Source: Octopus sinensis
Lineage: Eukaryota
Direction of reading: 5' to 3'
NCBI RefSeq assembly: GCF_006345805.1
Contig: NW_021828434.1
Location: forward strand, 1-8,311
DNA length: 8,311 bases
The position numbers and the translations under genes are program-made. Shown here piece after piece: positions 1 through 7,061 of this stretch (position 1 is its first letter; each line of letters starts with the position of its first letter). The notes beneath the pieces are model-generated. The model had not been told where the DNA came from. It was given only the letters and a program-made list of their open reading frames with translations, and made no database searches.

Positions 1-26
1 GAAAAAAAGACGTATACAGGTCAAAT

Positions 27-345
27 ATCATCATCATCATTATTTGACATCTAATGTCCATGCTGGCATAGGTTGAACGGTTTGAAGAGGGCTGGTAAGC
101 TGAGGGGCTGCACCAGACTCCAGTCTGATTTGGCATGGTTTCTACGACTGGATGCCCTCCCTAATGCCAACCAATCCAAGAGTGAAATGGGTGCTTTTAC
201 ATGCCAGTTGCATGACACCAGTATCTGTCACTACTACAATTTCACTTGACTTGATGGGTGTCCTTCTCAAGCACAGCACATTGCCAAAGGGCTCTGTGAG
301 GCCTAAGACTCAAAAGGTGCTTTTTGTGTGACACCGGCATCAGCC
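27..345 (-). mobile_element. Ceph-domain-like SINE (or RTE-related 3' end), diverged copy 1
   Basis: (CAT)n at 27-40 is a (GAT)n 3' tail on the minus strand. ctggatgccctccctaatgccaacc is the reverse complement of the GGTTGGCGTTAGGAAGGGCATCCAG-type motif. Colinear with the copy at 404-800. Family name is from recall; the right boundary is approximate. Confidence 0.75.
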
Positions 346-403
346 ATGGACTGGTCTAAAAGTTTGTTTAATCCTTAAAGCTTTCAGTACTTTGAATTAT
401 TTT

Positions 404-800
404 CATCATCATCATCATCGTTTAACGTCCGTTCTCCATGCTAGCATGGGTTGGACGGTTCGACCAGGGATCTGGAAAGCCAGAAGGCTGCACCAGGCTC
501 CAGTCTGATGTGGCAGCGTTTCTACAGCTGGATGCCCTTCATAACGCCAACCACTCCATGAGTGTAGTGGGTGCCTTTTACGTGCCACCGGCACAGGTGC
601 CAGGCGAGGCTGGCAACATCCATGATTGGATTGGTGCATTTTACGTGCCACCGGCACGGAAGCCAGTCGAAGCGGCGCTGGCATTAGCCACGTTCAGATG
701 GTGCTTTTTACATGCCACCGGCATAGGGATCACAACTGCAGTTTCCATTGATTTTGATGTTGGTGTACTTGACTCAATGGATCTCCTCAAGCACAGGGTC
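404..800 (-). mobile_element. Ceph-domain-like SINE, copy 2
   Basis: (CAT)5 tail at 404-418, then cgtttaacgtccg...ccatgctagcatgggttggacgg and ctggatgcccttcataacgccaacc. Homologous to 27-345. Confidence 0.8.
570..724. repeat. Internal tandem repeat of the SINE: three 25-bp GGTGCnTTTTACrTGCCACCGGCAy units, period 63 and 67 bp
   Basis: Units at 570-594, 633-657 and 700-724. Units 1-2 contain the hairpin GTGCC-acc-GGCAC; unit 3 has ATGCC-acc-GGCAT. The intervening segments are homologous to each other. Confidence 0.85.
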
Positions 801-835
801 GAAATGGTGTTTCATGTAGAATAATACCAATTGCT

Positions 836-841
836 TTTATT
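836..841 (-). promoter_or_regulatory. Candidate polyadenylation signal AATAAA
   Basis: Plus-strand tttatt, about 47 nt downstream of the candidate stop. The hexamer is common in AT-rich DNA. Confidence 0.3.
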
Positions 842-887
842 GTCGAACCTACGCAGTTTCATAATAGCACATGAAGGACAAAATGCT

Positions 888-979
888 TCACAGCTTTTCA
901 TCTATCTTCATGTTCCGTGTTGAAATACTGCCAAGATCAACTTTCCTTTCATCTTTGTTGGGGTTAATGAAATGAGCAC
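888..979 (-). CDS. Probable terminal coding exon of an unidentified gene: phase-1 start, xAHFINPNKDERKVDLGSISTRNMKIDEKL*
   Basis: Minus-strand acceptor ttaattcaattacattgaccttaatgtttcacAG|GT (AG = plus 980-981). 29 sense codons, then TGA at 890-888. AATAAA at 841-836. Unique sequence in a repeat-dominated window. No protein family recognised. Confidence 0.5.
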
Positions 980-1325
980 CTGTGAAACATTAAGGTCAAT
1001 GTAATTGAATTAAAATTTCAGGCCTTGTGTTTCTTGTAGAAAGGATTATTATATTTCTCTAATTCTGTGCTCTTTTCCTTCCCCATACAGCAAAAATAGC
1101 TATAGCTATTCCAAAAGTCTGTCAAATTTTCTTTAGATTAATTATTTTCTTAATTTTCTTTATAATACTTATGTTCTTGCAAGCATTATGATATAATCTG
1201 ATCATAATTTGTTTTTAAATCTAATAATACACACTCAGAAACAGAGATTAAATCGCTGTAAGTAGTATTAACATATAGGAAATAGATTTAATCCCTTACC
1301 TAGTTTAACACTGCCGCCTGGTCCT

Positions 1326-1829
1326 AGAGGAATCCAGGGGAAAAAAATGTCACTGGAAAAAAGTCACAGAAAAAATATTGAAGGAGTGGCTGTGTGGTAA
1401 GTAGCTTGCTAACCAACCACATGGTTCCGGGTTCAGTCCCACTGTGTGACATCTTGGACAAGTGTCTTCTGCTATAGCCCCGGGCCGACCAATGCCTTGT
1501 GAGTGGATTTGGTCGATGGAAACTGAAAGAAGCCTGTCGTATATATGTATATATATATATGTATGTGTGTGTATATGTTTGTGCCCTAGCATTGCTTGAC
1601 AACCGATGCTGGTGTGTTTACGTCCCCGTCACTTAGCGGTTCGGCAAAAAAGAGACCGATAGAATAAGTACTAGGCTTACAAAAGAATAAGTGCCGGGGT
1701 CGATTTGCTCGACTAAAAGGCGGTGCTCCAGCATGGCCGCAGTCAAATGACTGAAACAAGTAAAAGAGTAAAAGAGAGAGTCAGTAAAAAGGTCACCGGA
1801 ATTACGCATTTTTCCTGGAATATTCCTCT
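1326..1829. mobile_element. Degenerate MITE-like element with AAAAA(n)GTCAC subterminal repeats, interrupted by SINE copy 1
   Basis: agaggaat-ccaggggaaaaaaatg (1326-1349) is an imperfect inverted repeat of catttttcctggaatattcctct (1807-1829). The GTCAC motif recurs at ~1349, ~1363 and ~1792. No clean TSD. Confidence 0.5.
1383..1780 (+). mobile_element. tRNA-derived SINE with internal (TA/TG)n tract, copy 1 (octopus OK/OR-type by recall)
   Basis: A-box-like TGGCTGTGTGG 1387-1397; B-box-like GGTTCAGTCCC 1430-1440; microsatellite ~1541-1580; 3' body with tail aagtaaaagagtaaaagag. Highly similar to the copies at 1999, 3012 and 7409. Confidence 0.9.
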
Positions 1830-2174
1830 TAGTCATCAACATTAAAGAATACTGAATATATATATATGTAGTGCCACGATATAAAGTGTTTTCAATCTGT
1901 ACATGTCATGTATTGTCAATAAATGGCAGACTATAGTTTTTTTTTGTTTCCTTGTTTTATACTTTGCTTAAGAAGTTGAATAATGGAGGATTTTTTCACA
2001 GGAGTGGCTGTGTGGTGCAAGTAGCTTGCTTACCAACCACATGATGCAGGGTTCAGTCCCACTGCGTGGCACCTTAGGCAAGTGTCTTCTACTATAGCCT
2101 CGGGCCGACCAAAGCCTTGTGAGTGGATTTGGTAGACAGAAACTGGAAGAAGCCCGTCAAATACATGTATATAT

Positions 2175-2350
2175 GGCGTAACTTCGGTATAGGTACCGGA
2201 AATACCCGATACATTTCAAGAAAGTGTTTTTTTTATATATATGGGGGGTTAGGGTTAGGGTTAGGGGTGGGAGAAAAGGGTTTCTGTTATATTCAGAAAT
2301 GTAAACAAAGCCACTTCAGGTACTTACGGTACCTATACCGAAGGATCGTC
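2175..2350. mobile_element. 176-bp MITE with a central (TTAGGG)3 array
   Basis: Perfect 16-bp inverted repeat ttcggtataggtaccg (2183-2198) / cggtacctataccgaa (2327-2342), inside a ~36-bp imperfect inverted repeat (29/36). Flanks gtatatat / atatatat (7/8). Confidence 0.8.
2246..2266 (+). repeat. GGGTTAGGGTTAGGGTTAGGG telomere-like array, G-quadruplex-competent
   Basis: Exact 21-mer with four G3 tracts. Further G tracts lie on either side (2243-2271). Confidence 0.9.
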
Positions 2351-2369
2351 ATATATATGTGTGTGTGTG

Positions 2370-2416
<47 letters not shown>

Positions 2417-2775
2417 TTTGTGTGTCCCACCAACATCGCTTGACAACCGATGCTGGTGTGTTTACGTCCCCGTAACTTAGCGGTTCGGCAAAAGAGACCG
2501 ATAGAATAAGTACTAGGCTTACACAAAATAAAAGTCCTGGGGTCGATTTGCTCGACTAAAGGCGGTGCTCCAGCATGGCCGCAGTCAAATGACTGAAACA
2601 AGTAAAAGAGTATATGTATAAAGCCATCACTTAAAAATTGTGTACAAGTCATGTAGTGTTAGTTAATGACTGTTTGTTTTGTAAATAATAATAATACTCA
2701 GCTTAAAGCTTAATATCATCACAGGAAATTATTTTTGCTTTATAAACTTTAATTGTTTAAAGTATTTAAATAAAA

Positions 2776-2844
2776 TGTGACTTTTTTTTCCTATCTAAAA
2801 TTGTGATTTTTTTCTGTGATGTTTTTTTTTTTCCAGACATCGCC
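2776..2844 (-). mobile_element. Right end of an AAAAAGTCAC-repeat element
   Basis: Reverse complement reads GGCGATGTCTGGAAAAAAAAAAACATCACAGAAAAAAATCACAATTTTAGATAGGAAAAAAAAGTCACA, which resembles ctggaaaaaagtcacagaaaaaat at ~1353-1376. Confidence 0.5.
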
Positions 2845-2848
2845 ATAA

Positions 2849-3649
2849 CTTTGTTTCCGCATAACTTTCAGAAAAATAGATATTTTCTAATGAAATTTTC
2901 TACAAATTCGTTTCCGATGGTGTAGATTAAGATTATATCGATATTTAATGTGGAAAAAAAAAAAGGTGGTCATGCACACATACATACTAACACACATCAA
3001 ACACACACATAGGCGCAGGAGTGGCTTGCTTACTAACCACATGGTTCCTGGTTCAGTCCCACTGCGTGGCACCTTGGGAAAGTGTCTTCTACTATAGCCT
3101 CGGGCCGACCAAAGCCTTGTGAGTGGATTTGGTAAACGGAAACTGAAAGAAGCCTGTCGTATATATGTATGTGTGTGTATGTTTGTGTGTCTGTGTTTGT
3201 CCCCTAACTTGACAACCGATGGTGGTATGTTTACGTCCCCGTAACTTATCGGTTCGGCAAACGATAGTGATAGAATAAGTACTAGGCTTCTAAAGTCCTG
3301 GGGTCGATATGCTTAACTAAAAAGGCGGTGCTCCAGCATGGCCACAGTCAAATGACTGAAACAAAAGAGTAAAAAAGTACACATACACACACAGAGACAG
3401 ACAAACAGGCAGGCAGGCAGACATACAGATAGACACAATGAAACCCGAAATTTTGAAAAACATTGTGATGTATGCAAGGATGTATGAATGCACATCAGTT
3501 GGGGATTTAGGGCTGTTTTTATTTTTGTTTTTTTTGTTTTCATTCTAAATTCCGATAAAATCATAATCTACACCATCTGAAAGGTTGTTTGAAGAAAATT
3601 TCATTAAAAAGTATCCATTTGTCAGAAAGTTATGACGAAACAAAAGTCG
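2849..3649. mobile_element. Foldback/MITE copy with ~105-bp inverted arms (2849-~2950 and 3546-3649) and a SINE in its centre
   Basis: The module ctttgtttccncataactttcagaaaaatggatattttntaatgaaattttct...tttcagatggtgtagatta occurs on the + strand and again as its reverse complement. The centre resembles 5770-5895. Confidence 0.8.
3012..3378 (+). mobile_element. SINE copy 3, with a 15-bp deletion through the A box
   Basis: ggcgcaggagtggc is joined directly to ttgcttact. The rest is colinear with copy 1. Low-complexity acacat on both flanks (3005-3010, 3379-3384) may be a TSD. Confidence 0.9.
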
Positions 3650-4339
3650 GAAACTTGGTTATTGAAAATAGAAATGTGAAGAAATTTGGGGAAAAACATA
3701 TTTTCCACCTGTGGTAATTCAGAGTAGTTGTCGATATTTTCACTTTCAGTTTGTCGACATAAAACCGAAAGAATGACGAAATTGGATGTTCCGGATTTCA
3801 AGATACAAGAAGGAGTTTTCAAAATGGGAAAATAAATTGGCTGATTTCTTTGCACAGGCAAGAAAAAATGCATTTAGAAAAAAAATTACAAGGGAACAAA
3901 ATCCAAGAAGAGAAAGTGAGAGAGACAACCAACGGCAAATTGTAACTATGCAAAAAATAAAAACCAGAAGGTGATGGTCATGGTTGGAACGCTTTTTAAA
4001 CAAGATCTGTGTATTAGGAAAACAGTGAGATATTTAAGGAATTCAACGTTATGAAATAACAGCTAAACCCTCTGTTTAAAGCAAAAACTTTTAAAAAGCT
4101 ATTTTAAAAAATAATGAAATAGAATCGGAAATTATCTAGTGCACCAAAGGCCGTAATTTCTTGGGATCTTTGTGTTTAAAGCAACGTATATTGCGATTCT
4201 GTAGGGAAAAAGTGGGGATTGAGAATGATTTTTAACCCCACCTGTCCACCAGTTTTCCGTAATTTTCCAGTTTTAATTTCTTTTGAAAACTTTTTGAAGT
4301 ATTCGTTTTAAATAATAGAGAATATGATCCATCAAAAAT

Positions 4340-4605
4340 ATCATCATCATCAACCCGTGGACATTACTGGCTCGAGATTTTGGCCTTATTGGACCGGTTA
4401 TCCGGAGTTTTTTTTCCGTGGAATACAAGTGACCAAGATCACAAAATTCCCTCTGAACAGGAGACCTGTCAATTGCAAGGTTACTTATTTTTGCCAGCTG
4501 TGTTGACTGGAGCAACATGAAATAAAATGTTTTGCTCACGGACACAAACCATCTTGCAATCGTGAGTGAGCGCAACACTTTGGCCATTAGGCCATGCGTT
4601 TTCAC
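4340..4605 (-). mobile_element. Different tRNA-derived SINE, possibly with a Meta-domain-like body, and a (GAT)n tail
   Basis: Minus-strand head GTGAAAACGCA-TGGCCTAATGG (A box). No B box is visible, so it is probably deleted. Body gagcaaaacattttatttcatgttgctccagtc; tail atcatcatcatc at 4340-4351. The domain name is from recall only. Confidence 0.65.
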
Positions 4606-4676
4606 CTTTCCAAAAACATACGTAACATAAATCTGGTGGGGGGAAGGAGAAATAAATAAAATATTGCTGCTGCAAA

Positions 4677-4798
4677 GGCGCAGGCCTGGTTGTGCGGTTT
4701 CCTAAACACATAGTTTCGTGTTCAGTCTCACTGCATGGTACCTTGGGCAGGTGTCTACTATATAGCCTTATGAGTGATGGACAGTAATTAAAAGAAGA

Positions 4799-4829
<31 letters not shown>

Positions 4830-4913
4830 GTAAAAAAATATACAAACTGGGACAAGAACGTGAAACATTTAGAAGACGACACAAAAAACACGGACGGGAC
4901 ATTCGAAGCCCTC

Positions 4914-4982
<69 letters not shown>

Positions 4983-5180
4983 TGTATTTAAGCATGTATG
5001 TACGTGTCCCATCACTGCTTGACAACCGGTCTTGGTTTGTTTATGGCCCTATAATTTAGCGGTTCGGCAACAAACACCAGACTTTTGAGAAGAAAAAAAT
5101 TAGCACTGGGGTCGATTCGTACGACTAAAACCCCTCCAGGCGGTGCCCCATATAGCCACAGTCAAAGATAGAAAAAGAGG
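4677..5180 (+). mobile_element. Older, diverged SINE copy 4, with an expanded microsatellite and an inserted island
   Basis: Head ggcgcaggcctggttgtgcgg...gttcagtctcactgcatgg. 3' half gcttgacaaccgg...ttagcggttcggca...ggggtcgattcgtacgactaa...ggcggtgcccc. Confidence 0.75.
4799..4982. repeat. (TA)n, 90-bp island, (TA)n, (GA)n compound tract
   Basis: TA 4799-4823, island 4824-4913, TA 4914-4932, GA 4933-4982, read directly. Confidence 0.9.
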
Positions 5181-5293
5181 TAAACTTGTGCCCTCGCCTC
5201 GACTTTGTTTCCTCATAACTTCCAGAAAAATGGATAATTTCTTTTAATGAAACTTTCAACAGATACGCTTCAGATGGTGTAGATTCCCATTAT

Positions 5294-5382
5294 AGCGGAG
5301 GTATACACCACCCGTTTTCGACGTAACAAAAACCCTAACCCTAAACCCTAAACACCGGGTGTACCTATTCTTTACTTTCGCC
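5294..5382. mobile_element. ~89-bp mini-MITE with a central CCCTAA-type array
   Basis: Absent from the mirror arm at 6446-6470. TSD cccattat(a) at 5286-5293/4 and 5383-5390/1. Inverted repeat aggtatacacc / ggtgtacct. Array aaccctaaccctaaaccctaa at 5331-5351. Confidence 0.7.
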
Positions 5383-5954
5383 CCCATTATATCGGAATTT
5401 GATGTGGGAAATTAAAAAATTGTCCGTGAAGAGAGTCAAAACTATTGAAAAGGTTGCAAAACGCAACGAAAATTTTAGGAAAATAAAAATAAGATAAAAA
5501 AGTGGAAATTTTACCGGTGAGTGTGTCAAATAATAAGGCACAAAAAGAAAACGACTCTCCCCAGACACAACAGAATATGCTTCAACACACGAACTCAAAT
5601 AAAGAATCTTGCAAACCAAATCCAAAAACGAAATGTCCGTGAAAAGGTTTCGGAAAATTCACATGGGTTGGATTTGTTTCCTCATAACTTTCAGAAGAAT
5701 GGATATACCTTGGTAAAATTTTCTACAAATCCCTTTCAGATGGTGTAGATTACGAATATATTAGAAGTTTAATATGAAAATTGGTGAACTCGCACACATA
5801 TATACTGACTCAAATTACATATTTCTACAAAATGAAATTTGAAATTTCGAAAAAAAAATAATGTGTGCCAATATGTGCTCACTTTTTTTTTATATATATA
5901 TTAAATTCCGATATCGTAATCTACACATTCTGAAAGATATATATAAGAAATTTC

Positions 5955-6334
5955 GGAAAGACTTCCGCCCGTACCCACTTTTCTCCCAAATTAATTAAAA
6001 AAAATTTTTTGTCAAAAATCCCCGTTTTCGGATACGGAGGTTCCGGAAAATTGCCAAAAATCGTCATTATGAAAATTTACCTCCCCCCTTTCCCACTCAA
6101 CTTCTTCAATTTTAACTTCTTTCCGCAACACTAACCCTAAAACCCTAACCGTAAGTACAGAACTGTTTGGGAATTTTTGTCCGAATCCTGATATCCGTAT
6201 TTTTCCGCATATTTAGAAAAGAAAAAATTCTTAAAAAAAAAAATTGGAAATACTTCTACCCGTACCCCACCCCCAGCCATTTTCTCCCTTAAAAAAAGGG
6301 TGGTTTTTGGAAGGGGACGGGCGGAAGTCTTGCC
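5955..6334. mobile_element. 380-bp MITE with GG...CC termini, 8-bp TSD and central CCCTAA-like repeats (Merlin- or MULE-type signature)
   Basis: TIR GGAAAGACTTCCGCCCGT / GGCAAGACTTCCGCCCGT (17/18). Exact TSD gaaatttc at 5947-5954 and 6335-6342. Removing the element restores a continuous host module. ctaaccctaaaaccctaacc at 6131-6150. Confidence 0.9.
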
Positions 6335-6748
6335 GAAATTTCATTAAAAAATACTAAATTCTCTTAAAGTTATAGGGAAACAAAATCGATTCATGTGAAT
6401 TTTCCGAAACTGCTTTACGTCACACGCGGAAAGTATTTTTCACAAAATTCCGATATAATCGGAATTCTAAACCGTCTGAAGCGTATTTGCAGAAATTTTA
6501 ATTGAAAAGAACCCATTTTTTCTTAAAATCATAAGGAAACAAGATCGGGCCGGGTGGGGCACTTGTGTAGGTATACCAAAGAGGGAAAAAAATAGAAAAA
6601 TTTCGGGAAAAAATGAAAAGCGAGCGCCTGTAATTTTATGAAATGCGATGAGTTGGCATTTAATGCTTTTCTTACAATTAATTAATAATTAGTCAGAAAT
6701 AGTATTATTACAAGTCACCTTTTAATTATGAACCTGAGAGCGGGTGTT

Positions 6749-6870
6749 TTTGTTGTAGTTTAGCCACAGGTCGGTCAGTCACTCCTCGTTATGATCAAAG
6801 TCGTTCCAGTTTTTAGTATATTGTCATTTATTCAGAGACACAACAGTATATCTAGGACATTATCGAAATG
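6749..6870 (-). mobile_element. Degenerate 3' fragment of another SINE/LINE with a (CAA)n-like tail
   Basis: ttgttgtagtttagccacaggtc reads gacctgtggctaaactacaacaa on the minus strand, resembling a recalled octopus repeat end. No second copy in the window. Confidence 0.4.
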
Positions 6871-6891
6871 TTTGAAAGTTTTTCTCTGTCG

Positions 6892-6894
<3 letters not shown>

Positions 6895-6934
<40 letters not shown>

Positions 6935-6949
6935 GTGTGTGTGTGTGTG

Positions 6950-6980
<31 letters not shown>
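6895..6980. repeat. Compound microsatellite (TG)n(TCTG)n
   Basis: Read directly; one TT interruption near 6933. Confidence 0.95.
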
Positions 6981-7061
6981 AGAATGTGTGTTAGTGCGTG
7001 TGTGTGTTGAAGTAATGTTCTTTGATGTTCATCCTACAATTACAATTAAGTCTAACATAAT

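Larger units (their letters stand above)
1999..2612 (+). mobile_element. SINE copy 2, with a MITE inserted in its internal microsatellite
   Basis: 5' half 1999-~2160 and 3' half ~2420-2612 both align with copy 1. Foreign sequence lies at 2175-2350. Confidence 0.9.
5190..6560. mobile_element. Composite foldback element built from four copies of the ~105-bp module (+,+,-,-)
   Basis: Outer arms 5190-~5405 / 6441-6560; inner arms 5647-~5795 / ~5870-5954 plus 6335-6410. Perfect 19-bp inverted repeat gtttcggaaaattcacatg at 5647-5665 / 6392-6410. acttgtg occurs at both outer flanks (5184-5190, 6561-6567). Confidence 0.8.

Noticed and set aside
570-724. CRISPR-like geometry: 25-bp hairpin repeats with 38- and 42-bp spacers
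   Set aside because: The two spacers are homologous (gccag.cga.gc...tggca....cca.g.t..gat). The array lies inside a eukaryotic SINE and there are no cas genes. It is a tandem duplication.
438-824. 128-aa ORF and the overlapping 89-aa ORF (415-684)
   Set aside because: Both lie within SINE copy 404-800. The repeated GAFYVPPA peptide simply mirrors the DNA tandem repeat.
1383-1445. tRNA gene
   Set aside because: A/B-box-like motifs are present, but I could not build a convincing cloverleaf and the sequence continues into a SINE body repeated throughout the window.
2246-2266. True telomere or chromosome-fusion scar
   Set aside because: Only three units, enclosed by TIRs and a probable TSD. 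There is no head-to-head TTAGGG/CCCTAA junction.
4073-4184. 12-bp direct repeat tgtttaaagcaa spaced 100 bp apart
   Set aside because: AT-rich, only two copies and no extended similarity. Plausibly chance.
5431-5559. 7-bp inverted repeat gagagtc/gactctc as a possible small MITE
   Set aside because: Too short and no TSD at those ends.
6568-6577. taggtatacc resembling the inner TIR motif of the telomere-cored MITEs
   Set aside because: An isolated 10-mer with no partner repeat, telomeric core or TSD.
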